The notes below the pieces were generated by a model that worked only from the letters and a program-made list of their open reading frames with translations, did no database searches and was not told the origin of the DNA. Shown here piece after piece: positions 47,468 through 56,425 of a stretch of DNA of 64,000 nt. Position 1 is the stretch's first letter. The number at the start of each line of letters is the position of its first letter. The stretch lies in assembly GCA_014859265.1 (NCBI GenBank), contig JACUUN010000250.1, positions 1,240-65,239 on the forward strand, given 5' to 3'. The position numbers and the translations under genes were made by a program. The DNA is from Coriobacteriia bacterium. Lineage in GTDB: Bacteria > Actinomycetota > Coriobacteriia > Anaerosomatales > SLCP01.

Positions 47468-48634
47468 ATGGCGCATGAGGACCACGACGTAATCTACGAC
47501 CTTCTCGCAGCGAGAGGCGTGTCGCGCCGCGACTTTCTCAAGTACTGCGGATCGATCGCGGCGCTTCTGGGACTGTCCGAGTCCTTCGTACCTCAGATCG
47601 CTGCAGCCGTGGCCGCCGGCGCGAAACTGAAGCCCGCTGTATGGCTTAACGGCGGCGCATGCACGGGGTGCACGGAGTCGATAGCGCAGGTCGATTCGCC
47701 CGACGTGGCGACGATCGTGCTGGATCTGCTCTCGCTCGACTACATCGAGACCCTCTCCATGGCCCAGGGTGAAGACGCGCTTGCCGCGGCCGAGGCGGTA
47801 TTCGAAGAGCCCGGCTACATCCTCATCTATGAGGGTTCCGTCATGCAGGGCTTCGACGGCAACACGCTGCGCATCGGTGGCAGCACAGGTATCGAGGAAC
47901 TCGAGCACGCAGCCCAGAATGCGGCAGCGATCGTCGCTGTAGGGTCGTGTGCGGTCGACGGCGGTTTCGTCAGGGCCAACCCGAACCCCGCCGACGCGAC
48001 CGGCGTGAAGCCCTACCTCGAGAAGGTGGGCATCACCACTCCCGTCGTCAACCTGCCCACCTGCCCCGTTAACCCGGAGTGGGTCGTGGCCATCGTCGTG
48101 GATGTTCTGCTTCTCGGATCTCTCGAGAGCGGCGCCATCCTCGACAAGCTCGACGACTGGGGCCGTCCCAAGTTCATCTTCGGCCAGACGATTCATGACA
48201 ACTGCCCGCGCCGCGGCCACTTCGAGAATGGCCACTTCGTCAACGAATTCGGCACCGAAGAAGAGGCCCTCGGCTACTGCCTGTACAAGGTAGGCTGCAA
48301 GGGCCCGCAGACCTACACGAACTGCCCGATCGTGCGCTGGAACCGTCGCGCCAGTTGGTGCGTCGAGTCCGGAGCACCCTGCATCGGTTGCGGCAGCCTC
48401 AACTGGGTCGACGTCGGAGCTCCGTTCCTTAACCGTCATCGTGACCTGCCTCTCCCCAGCGTCGGCAACACCCAGCCCGGCGTGGTTGCTGGCGTGGTCG
48501 CTGGTGCCACGGCACTGGGTCTCGGCCTCCATGCCCTCGGTATGAAGGCAAGTGGCCGGATGGACGGCGGCGCTCCCTACGAAGACATGAAGAACTACGA
48601 CCGCAAGCGGATGAAGAAGGGAGGCGGTAACTAG
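47468..48634 (+). CDS. hyaA: Hydrogenase small subunit, Tat-exported, C-terminally anchored
   Basis: AAGGAGG RBS; SRRDFLK Tat motif; CTGCTES, GSCA, PTCP, HDNC, CLYKVGCKGP, NCP, WCVESGAPCIGC; C-terminal hydrophobic helix. Confidence 0.96.
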   Translation: MAHEDHDVIYDLLAARGVSRRDFLKYCGSIAALLGLSESFVPQIAAAVAAGAKLKPAVWLNGGACTGCTESIAQVDSPDVATIVLDLLSLDYIETLSMAQGEDALAAAEAVFEEPGYILIYEGSVMQGFDGNTLRIGGSTGIEELEHAAQNAAAIVAVGSCAVDGGFVRANPNPADATGVKPYLEKVGITTPVVNLPTCPVNPEWVVAIVVDVLLLGSLESGAILDKLDDWGRPKFIFGQTIHDNCPRRGHFENGHFVNEFGTEEEALGYCLYKVGCKGPQTYTNCPIVRWNRRASWCVESGAPCIGCGSLNWVDVGAPFLNRHRDLPLPSVGNTQPGVVAGVVAGATALGLGLHALGMKASGRMDGGAPYEDMKNYDRKRMKKGGGN

Positions 48635-50280
48635 TGGCTCGATCAGTTGTCGACCCGTTGACCCGAATCGAAGGTCACCTTCGCGTCGAGGTCGAAGTCA
48701 ATGACGGTGTCGTGACCGACGCCTGGGTGTCCGGCGGGCTGTATCGAGGCATGGAGACCATCCTGCTCGACCGCCGTCCCTCAGACGCGTTCTTTGTCGC
48801 CCAGCGTATCTGCGGTGTGTGCCCAATCTCTCACGGCCACGCCTCAACGATGTCGACAGAGGACGCACTCGGAGTCACGATCCCGAACAACGCGCGTCTC
48901 GTACGCAACCTCATCGAGGCCGCACAGTACATCCACAGCCACATCTTGTGGTTCTACACCCTGGCAGCACTGGACTACGTCGACCCGGTGAAGGCACTGT
49001 CGGCCGATATCGCCGACACCTACGCGCTCGCGCAGGCTGCCGGCACCGGTGTCTCCGACTTCGGTGCCGTCGCCAAACGTCTGCAGGCGTTCGTTGACAA
49101 CGGCCAGCTGTCCATCTTCACCAACGGCTGGTTCGGCCATCCTGCGTACGCCGAGGACATGCCCGCCGAGCTGCACCTCATCGCGGTCGCACACTACCTC
49201 GAGGCGCTCGAGATGCAGGCTGTCGCAGCCGAGATCATCGCAGTCATGGGTGGCAAGTTCCCGCACTTCATGACCTCGATCCCCGGCGGGACCGCCTTCG
49301 TGCCGACCGAGCAGAAGCTCGACGACATCCTGTTCCGCTTCATCAAGCTGCGTGACTGGGTCACGAGCACCATGATTCCGGACACGCTCGCCATCGCACC
49401 GTTCTACGCCGGTGCGCTCGAGTACGGCGGAGGGCACGGGAACTTCCTCGCGTGGGGCGTGTTCAACGACGAGTCCTTCGAGATGACCAGCCGCTACCTG
49501 CCCGGTGGTGCGGTCATGGCGAGCCGGGGGCTCACTGTTGCCGATCCCGACCCTGGCAATATCACCGAGTACGTCGAGCGTTCGTGGTACGACTCGACCA
49601 CGGGCCTCAACCCATCCGTCGGCGAGACGAACGCGAACTTCGACGAGTACAGCACCGATGCTCAGTACTCATGGGTCAAGGCACCCCGCTACGACGGCCA
49701 GCCGATGGAGGCCGGTCCCCTCTCCCGAATGCTCGTCGCGTACCTTCGCGGCGTTCGTCCGGTCCAGGAGATCGTTGACGGCGCGCTCGCTGCCCTTGGC
49801 GCAGCAGGCAAGCCGGAGGTCCTTGTGTCGCTGCTCGGTCGTATCGCAGCCCGCAACCTCGAGACCAAGGTCGTCTGTGACTGGTCGATCGACTGGTTCA
49901 ACGAGCTTGCCGGAGCCATCGCCGGAGGAGATTCTAAGTACTTCGAGCCCCACGACGTGGATGCCGGTCAGGGTGCAGGAATGTGGGAGGCGCCTCGTGG
50001 CGCTCTCGGCCATTTCATCGACATCCAGGGCGGCAAGATTGCCCGCTACCAGGTTGTCACCCCGTCGACATGGGACACCTCGTCTCGTGATGATGAGGGC
50101 GTTCGCGGCCCGATGGAAGAGGCGCTCGTCGGCACTCCGATCATCGATGCCGAGCGTCCGCTCGAGGCGTGCCGGGTCGCACGTAGTTTCGATCCTTGAA
50201 TCGGGTGCGCGGTTCACGTGATTGAACCGAAAACCGGCAAGGAAGCAACCGTCTACACGAAGCCGATGGGGGTGAGGTAG
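48634..50280 (+). CDS. hyaB: [NiFeSe]-hydrogenase large subunit (selenocysteine at TGA 50197-50199)
   Basis: TRIEGH, QRICGVC (L1). The frame continues SFDP-U-IGCAVH-VIEPKTGKEATVYTKPMGVR to TAG 50280, completing L2 and abutting the next ATG at 50281. Confidence 0.96.
50210..50229 (+). promoter_or_regulatory. Bacterial SECIS-like stem-loop
   Basis: CGGTTCA-cgtgat-TGAACCG, 7-bp stem beginning at the 11th nt after the UGA, GU in the loop. Confidence 0.8.
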
Positions 50281-50961
50281 ATGTCGCATCCCGCACACTA
50301 CCGTGAGGCTCATCCGCTGATCTTCGTGTTCACGCACTGGATCAACCTGATCGCGATAGTAGCCCTGGCGTTCTCGGGCTTCTACATCCACTACCCCTTC
50401 TTCGGCGGGTTCATGGGTGTGGCTCGCGGCATGCACTTCTTCTTCATGTACGTACTCCTCATCAACCTAGCCGTGCGCATCGTCGCCACGTTCTTCGTGA
50501 AGTCGGCGACCCGTCTCGGCACGCGTGAGGTCGATACGGACATCAAGAACTGGCTACCGCAGAAGCTCAACCGCCACCAGTTCATCCCGTGGCTCAAGTA
50601 CTACCTGTTCCTGAAGAAGGACCATCCGATCGGGGCGAAGTATGGTGTTCTGCAGAAGATCTCCTACCTCTTCACCATCCCGCTCACGCTTGCGGCTGCT
50701 TACACCGGCTTCTCGATCTATGCGCCATTCATGGATGCGAGCTTCTTCGCTGCAGGTACCGACTGGGTCGGCGGGCCGATGAACATGCGGATCATCCACT
50801 ACTACATCATGTGGGCGTTCATCTTGTTCACGGCGATCCACGCCTATCTGGCGAACGTGGAAGGCATTGCTCCTTCCCGTCTGATCTTCGCGTGGAAGGA
50901 AGAAGAAGGCGTTCAGTTCGACGCAGAGGGTAAGATCGTCGGTGGAGCTGGACACTACTAA
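50281..50961 (+). CDS. hyaC: Ni/Fe-hydrogenase di-heme b-type cytochrome subunit
   Basis: Four TM helices with His ligands (THWIN, GMHFFF, RIIHYY, AIHAYL); YGVLQKISY. Confidence 0.93.
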   Translation: MSHPAHYREAHPLIFVFTHWINLIAIVALAFSGFYIHYPFFGGFMGVARGMHFFFMYVLLINLAVRIVATFFVKSATRLGTREVDTDIKNWLPQKLNRHQFIPWLKYYLFLKKDHPIGAKYGVLQKISYLFTIPLTLAAAYTGFSIYAPFMDASFFAAGTDWVGGPMNMRIIHYYIMWAFILFTAIHAYLANVEGIAPSRLIFAWKEEEGVQFDAEGKIVGGAGHY

Positions 50962-50989
50962 GAGCTCCGACCGATGCTCGTCACACCGG

Positions 50990-51019
50990 CGAGGCCCCGG
51001 ACGCACGTCCGGGGCCTCG
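50990..51019 (+). terminator. Hairpin after the hydrogenase structural genes
   Basis: Perfect 13-bp stem CGAGGCCCCGGAC / GTCCGGGGCCTCG followed by TTT. Confidence 0.7.
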
Positions 51020-51139
51020 TTTGCGCCGCAGAGGGAAGCGGAATGTGAGGCCGCACCTCACCGGGACGGAATGCGGTAGAGTATTCGCCACACATCTCGC
51101 ACGAATCGGCTACATGATGGCGTGCATGAGAGGATACGG

Positions 51140-52468
51140 ATGCTTTCCGAACGCATCATCACTACAGCCCTCCGCATACTGAACAAGCACTACCTGCATC
51201 AGGAACCCATCGGCCTCGAGTCGGTTCCCGGACCTCAGCCCAGTCACGGATACGTCCTCTATGCGCATGTCCCCTTCTGCGAGCGTCTCTGCCTCTACTG
51301 CTCGTTCAACCGGTATCTCTTCCAGGAAGATCGGGCACGCGAGTACTTCAAGCGGCTCCGGCGTGAGATGCAGATGGTCGCAGAGCTCGGGTACGACTTC
51401 CCGTCCCTTTACATCGGAGGCGGAACCCCGACCATTCTGCTCGACGAACTCGCCGAGACGATCGATCTGGCACGCAGTCTCTTCTCGATCGAAGAGGTAT
51501 CGAGCGAGACAAGCCCGAACCACCTGGGCCCGGAGCTCGTCTCCGTGCTCAAAGACCGGGTGCAGCGTCTTTCGGTGGGCATCCAGAGCTTCGACGACAG
51601 GATACTGCGGCAGGTCGACCGGTACGACAAGTACGGGAGCGGCGAGGAGATCTTCGAGCACATCGGTTCGGTAGCCGGAAAGTTCCACTCGCTCAACGTC
51701 GATCTGATCTTCAACTTCCCGTCCCAGACCGAGGAGATGCTGCGACGCGACATCGAACTGTTGAAGGCCTCGGGAGCGAACCAGACGACCTTCTACCCGC
51801 TCATGGCATCGCCCCGAACGCGGGCAGAACTCGCCCGTCAGGTCGGCAACATCGATTTCGCACGGGAGGCGCGATACTACCGCATCATCACCGACAGCCT
51901 GACTCCCGAGTTCCAGCCGACCTCGGCATGGACGTACTCCCGTGACACCGACGCGATGATCGACGAATACATCGTCGACTACGGAGAGTATGTCGGCATC
52001 GGCTCTGGTGCACTCTCATTCCTCGATGGGCGCATCTACGGCAACACCTTCTCACTGCGGGACTACATCGCACGCATCGATGCCGGGCACATGTCGGTGG
52101 CAAAGGCGGGCAAGCCCTACTCGAACACGGCGATGCGACGCTACCGTTTCGTGACCGACCTCTTCGGTCTCAGACTCGACAAGGAGCGGTTCCAGCGCGA
52201 CCTCGGCGCGCCAGTAGAGCGCGGGCTCTGGGCCGAACTGGCCTTCATGCGCGCGGCAGGGGGAATCGCCGGAGACGACGGGCGCTACATCACTCTCACG
52301 GAGAAGGGGCGCTACCTGCTTATGGTCATGATGAGGGAGACACTCGCCTCCTCGAACGACCTCAGAGATCATGCGCGCGACGAACTGCCGCCGGATGAGC
52401 GCATGCTCCTCATCGAGGGAGAGCAGTGCGAGGAGGTCCCTGGCAATGCGCACCGCGCCGCCATGTAG
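51140..52468 (+). CDS. menK: HemN-like class C radical SAM enzyme, probably menaquinone C-methyltransferase MenK
   Basis: ATG 51140 with GAGAGGA RBS; YAHVPFCERLCLYCSF, YIGGGTPT, RLSVGIQSF, NVDLIFNFP, and QTTFYPLM, which matches the MenK/MqnK signature as I recall it. Confidence 0.7.
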   Translation: MLSERIITTALRILNKHYLHQEPIGLESVPGPQPSHGYVLYAHVPFCERLCLYCSFNRYLFQEDRAREYFKRLRREMQMVAELGYDFPSLYIGGGTPTILLDELAETIDLARSLFSIEEVSSETSPNHLGPELVSVLKDRVQRLSVGIQSFDDRILRQVDRYDKYGSGEEIFEHIGSVAGKFHSLNVDLIFNFPSQTEEMLRRDIELLKASGANQTTFYPLMASPRTRAELARQVGNIDFAREARYYRIITDSLTPEFQPTSAWTYSRDTDAMIDEYIVDYGEYVGIGSGALSFLDGRIYGNTFSLRDYIARIDAGHMSVAKAGKPYSNTAMRRYRFVTDLFGLRLDKERFQRDLGAPVERGLWAELAFMRAAGGIAGDDGRYITLTEKGRYLLMVMMRETLASSNDLRDHARDELPPDERMLLIEGEQCEEVPGNAHRAAM

Positions 52469-52528
52469 CTCACACGCCGCGTCCGCTGCAGACCCTCACG
52501 AGCGGTCATCGTACCGCGGAAGGAACAC

Positions 52529-53086
52529 GTGACCACCGTGACCGAACGCATCCTCATACTCGGCATCGGAAACCCTCTCATGACCGACGAGGGCGTGGGC
52601 GTCCGCGTCGCCGAGCTCATCATGGGCGGCTACGAACTGCCCGATAGCATCGAGGTGGTCGATGCCGGCACGATGGGCCTTGGCATCATGAACCTCTTCC
52701 GCGATCGCGACCTGGTCGTCGTGGTCGACGCAGTCGACAACACCGGCCACGAGCCGGGAACCGTAATCCTCCTCACGCCCGAGGAACTCGCTCCTGCCCA
52801 AATAATGCACTCTCTTCACGACATGCGCTTCGTGAACGTGCTCGAGGCAGCAGCCCTCACAGGCATGCAGCCGGAGGCGATCTGTGTCGGCATCCAGGTC
52901 GCCCGCATGGAGCAGTGGGTAATGGAGCTGACGCCCGAGGTCGAGGCGGCACTTCCCGCGGCGGTCGCTGCGGTCCTCGACATCCTCGCCCAGCGCGGTA
53001 TCCGGCTGTTACCTGTCGAGGGTGGATCGATCGACGCCAGCATCATCGAGGCGATACGCACGCGCAGCCGAATGCCCGAGGCCTAG
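52529..53086 (+). CDS. hyaD: Hydrogenase maturation protease
   Basis: ILGIGNPLMTDEGVG, VVDAGT, VVVDAV, SLHD. Confidence 0.95.
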   Translation: MTTVTERILILGIGNPLMTDEGVGVRVAELIMGGYELPDSIEVVDAGTMGLGIMNLFRDRDLVVVVDAVDNTGHEPGTVILLTPEELAPAQIMHSLHDMRFVNVLEAAALTGMQPEAICVGIQVARMEQWVMELTPEVEAALPAAVAAVLDILAQRGIRLLPVEGGSIDASIIEAIRTRSRMPEA

Positions 53087-53106
53087 CCCGACCGGAGGGA
53101 CCAGAC

Positions 53107-53934
53107 ATGCACGACGAACTTGCGGCAGCCATCGCAGCCGCGGAGGCCGGGGCGCGGGTCGTCCGGGAACGCGCAGACGACATCGGGACGGTGCGCTCGA
53201 AATCCTTCGCAACCGACCTCGTGACCGAGGTCGATATCGCGGCAGGTGTCGCCATTGCGCGCGCACTCCTGGAGCGGGACCCATCGGCACGGCTCGTCGT
53301 CGAAGAAGACGAGGTCTACGATATCGTCGGGGCTATGCGCGGCGATCTCGATGGTGCACAAGTCTGGGTGATCGACCCCGTCGATGGGACGACCTCGTTC
53401 GTCCATGGGTTCCCGGGATACTCGGTGTCGGTAGCACTGCTGCGCGACGGCCATCCGGTTGCCGGAGCGGTCACCGACGTCCCCCGCAGCGTCACGATGA
53501 GCGCCGCCGAGGGTACAGGCACTGCTCTCGACGGCCGTCCCGTCCGCTGTTCTGACGCCACCCGCCTCGATGAGGCGCTCCTCGTGACCGGCTTCCCCTA
53601 CGACCGCGGCGCACCGCTCGACCGTCAGCTTGCCGTGCTGGCGGCGTTCCTGCGCGCACCTGTGCACGGTATCCGGCGCGACGGCTCTGCTGCTCTGGAC
53701 TGCTGCCACATCGCAGCGGGCCGCGCCGACGGTTTTTGGGAGTACGGGCTGCAGCCGTGGGACACCGCGGCCGGAGCGATCCTCTGCCGCGAGGCAGGCG
53801 CCCGGGTGACCGACATCGAAGGGCGGGAGTGGTCGCCAACCGCGAACAGCGGCATCGTCGCTGCAAACCCGGTCCTCCACGAACTCATGCTCGAGCTCGT
53901 CCGGAGAACCAGCGCGGATCTAGCGGATCAGTAA
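53107..53934 (+). CDS. suhB: Inositol monophosphatase family protein
   Basis: DLVTEVD, WVIDPVDGTTSF, GSAALD, LQPWDTAAG. Confidence 0.9.
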   Translation: MHDELAAAIAAAEAGARVVRERADDIGTVRSKSFATDLVTEVDIAAGVAIARALLERDPSARLVVEEDEVYDIVGAMRGDLDGAQVWVIDPVDGTTSFVHGFPGYSVSVALLRDGHPVAGAVTDVPRSVTMSAAEGTGTALDGRPVRCSDATRLDEALLVTGFPYDRGAPLDRQLAVLAAFLRAPVHGIRRDGSAALDCCHIAAGRADGFWEYGLQPWDTAAGAILCREAGARVTDIEGREWSPTANSGIVAANPVLHELMLELVRRTSADLADQ

Positions 53935-55403
53935 TACCGCTTCTGCTCCTCGGAGTCCTCGGCCAACGCTATCCCCCACTCACCGAGAACCTTGCTCACC
54001 GCCCGCTCGCCGCTCTCGACACAGTTTGGCAAGCCGACGCCACGGTACGAGCCACCTGCGAGCGCAAGACCCGGCACCTCTGCGGAGCGCGTCTCGATGG
54101 CCTCCACGCGACCCAGATGGCCCATGGTGTACTGAGGCATGCCCTTCTCCCAGCGGAACACCTTCGTGAACAGCGGGTCCCCCTTAACGCCGAGAACCTG
54201 GCGCAGCTCGGTCAGCACTATCTCCGCGAGGCGGTTATCGGACTCGGCCATGATCGCCTGGTTGTGCGGCCCGCCGACGAACCCGCGCAGGAGTACCTTG
54301 CCCGCCGGTGCGCGCCCGGGCCACTTGGTCGACGAGAGTGTCGCCGCCATGAGGGAGCGGTTCTCTACAAGTGGGCAGAGCACGCCGAACGCGTTCATAT
54401 CGATGCCCACCTCGGACTCCTCGAATGCAAGAGAGACCGTTGCCGAGGAAGAGTGCTCGATGCCAGCGAGCGCGTTGCCGATGACCGGGTCGACAGGGCG
54501 CACCAGCCTCTCCGCCGCCCAGCTCTCGGTCGCCATAATGACCGCGTCGCCATCGATGCGGGTTCCGTCATCAAGGTCCACCGTCCAGCCGTCGACGGTG
54601 CGCGACATCGCAGTCACCGCAACACCGGTTCGCATGCGATCTCGGCCTGCAGCATCGGCCATCGAGTCCGTGAGTCGCTGCATGCCGGTCTCGAACGAGG
54701 TGAAGAACGTCCGGGGCTTGGCGCCGGGCTTTGGCGGGTACTTCTTGCGCATCTCGGCGACCTTCTTGCGCGCGGCGTAGAAGCCCTTGATCATCCCGCC
54801 GTAGGTCTGCTCCATCTCGAGGAGGCGCGGGAAGGTCGCGGCGAGACTCATCTTCGCCGGATCCGATGCGTGCACCCCGCCCACGAGCGGCTCGGCCAGC
54901 CGGTCAAGACACTCGCGTCCCATTCTGCGAACCACGAAACTCTCGAGGGTCTCATCCTCCAGGCCGTCGCCGGTGACCTTCTTGGGCTTGATGAAGAGGT
55001 CCATCCCCATGCGGATCTTGCCGGGCCAGGAGAAGAGCCCCGTGGTGGCGAAGGGCCAGAACTTGGTCGGAGCGAACATCATCACGCCGTCAGGCAGGTC
55101 GTGCAGGCGACCGCGCGACAGGATGTAGGTGCGCTTGCGGGAATCATCGGTGGGCAGCTCCTCGTCGAAGATGCCCATGAGCTTCGCGATGCGGTGCACG
55201 GCAGGCTTCTCGGTGAGGAAGCAATCGGGGCCACCGTCCACGATGAACCCCTCGACCTGCTCGGTAGCGATCTTGCCACCGAGGCGCGGATCTTTCTCTA
55301 CGAGCACGAACTCAACCTCGTGGCCGGCCTCTGCGGACCGGGCGATCTTGAAGGCGGCAGCCAGACCGGCGATTCCGCCTCCGACGATGATGATCCTCCT
55401 CAT
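53928..55403 (-). CDS. hemG: Coproporphyrinogen/protoporphyrinogen oxidase (HemY/CgoX type)
   Basis: IIIVGGGIAGLAAA, RLGGKI, DGGPDCF, GMPQYTMGH, GVGLPNC; clustered with hemH and hemE. Confidence 0.93.
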   Translation of the reverse strand: MRRIIIVGGGIAGLAAAFKIARSAEAGHEVEFVLVEKDPRLGGKIATEQVEGFIVDGGPDCFLTEKPAVHRIAKLMGIFDEELPTDDSRKRTYILSRGRLHDLPDGVMMFAPTKFWPFATTGLFSWPGKIRMGMDLFIKPKKVTGDGLEDETLESFVVRRMGRECLDRLAEPLVGGVHASDPAKMSLAATFPRLLEMEQTYGGMIKGFYAARKKVAEMRKKYPPKPGAKPRTFFTSFETGMQRLTDSMADAAGRDRMRTGVAVTAMSRTVDGWTVDLDDGTRIDGDAVIMATESWAAERLVRPVDPVIGNALAGIEHSSSATVSLAFEESEVGIDMNAFGVLCPLVENRSLMAATLSSTKWPGRAPAGKVLLRGFVGGPHNQAIMAESDNRLAEIVLTELRQVLGVKGDPLFTKVFRWEKGMPQYTMGHLGRVEAIETRSAEVPGLALAGGSYRGVGLPNCVESGERAVSKVLGEWGIALAEDSEEQKRYY

Positions 55404-55432
55404 TCCCGCGTGCTCCTCACGTGACAGGGAGA

Positions 55433-56425
55433 TTACAGCAGAGGCGTTATCGCCTCTGCTATCGAGTCAACCAGCAGCTCGTCCGCATTGGGGACGGCTG
55501 CGCGCGCGAACTCGATGTCGGCGTCCAGCACGCGACCGGCCACCACGACGTCGAGATCGTAGAGCGTCTCCATGTGGTCGGTAGCGAAGCCGACCGGCGC
55601 AACGGCAATCGACCTGTACCCACCCGCAATCGCTGCATCGATGACGTCGTCGAGGTCGGGGCCGAGCCATTCGCAGGGCCGGTTGCCCCTGGACTGGTAT
55701 GCGAAGACCCAGGATTGCGGCTCATCCAGGCAGCCGTAGGTCTTCACGCCGACCAAACGCGGGTCGGTCCCGTCCAACTCAATCCCCTCACCCATTTGGA
55801 GAATCGAGACGATGCGGTCGACCACGCCGCGTAACGCCGGGACGTACGGATCATCCTCGTCTAGGTCCTCGACGGGCAGAGAGTGCGCCGTGAAGACGAG
55901 CAGTGAAGGGGTGTGTTCCTTTATGTCGGTGAGAGCCTCGGCAGCACCGCCAACCAGTAGCCCGCCGAAGCCCGAGAGCGTGTGGAGCGGCGGCGCCTCG
56001 ACGAGCTCCATCTCCTCAAGATCGCTCACCGCCTCATCGAGCGCCTCCCGGTACGCTCCGGTCGCGACTTTGGACTCGAACGGCGAGAGGGAGACCACCA
56101 CCACCCTGCGGACGCCGTACTCGTAGAGGTGGCGCAGCGTCTCCCCGATGAGTGGATCCCAGTAGCGCATTCCGATCACAACGGGGACCTCGTGAGCACC
56201 CTCGGCCAGCTTCGCCTCCAGCTTGGTCGCGAGTTCTCCAGCGATGGCGAGAAGCGGGGACGACCCGCCGATCGTGAGGTAGCGTCGCTGCACCTGCTGG
56301 ACGAGCTCCTCGGACGGCTCGTAGCCCATCAGGTTGCGCATGAACGGGCCGACGGAATCGAGGCAGTCCGGCCCGCCGAAACCTACGAGCATGACCGCAG
56401 TAAGTGGCTGTCCGTTCCCGCTCAT
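55433..56425 (-). CDS. hemH: Ferrochelatase (probably coproporphyrin type)
   Basis: GFGGP, RYLTIGGSSPL, GMRYWDP, FTAHSLP, YQS...WLGP, GFATDHMETLYDLD. Confidence 0.93.
   Translation of the reverse strand: MSGNGQPLTAVMLVGFGGPDCLDSVGPFMRNLMGYEPSEELVQQVQRRYLTIGGSSPLLAIAGELATKLEAKLAEGAHEVPVVIGMRYWDPLIGETLRHLYEYGVRRVVVVSLSPFESKVATGAYREALDEAVSDLEEMELVEAPPLHTLSGFGGLLVGGAAEALTDIKEHTPSLLVFTAHSLPVEDLDEDDPYVPALRGVVDRIVSILQMGEGIELDGTDPRLVGVKTYGCLDEPQSWVFAYQSRGNRPCEWLGPDLDDVIDAAIAGGYRSIAVAPVGFATDHMETLYDLDVVVAGRVLDADIEFARAAVPNADELLVDSIAEAITPLL

Noticed and set aside
48634-50199. Hydrogenase large subunit as a truncated gene or pseudogene
   Set aside because: The TGA sits exactly at the first L2 Cys position, is followed by a SECIS-like hairpin, and the frame stays open to 50280.
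51140-52468. Annotation as oxygen-independent coproporphyrinogen III oxidase HemN, given the nearby hem genes
   Set aside because: The QTTFYPLM motif and N-terminus fit the MenK/MqnK subgroup better; not excluded without a phylogeny.
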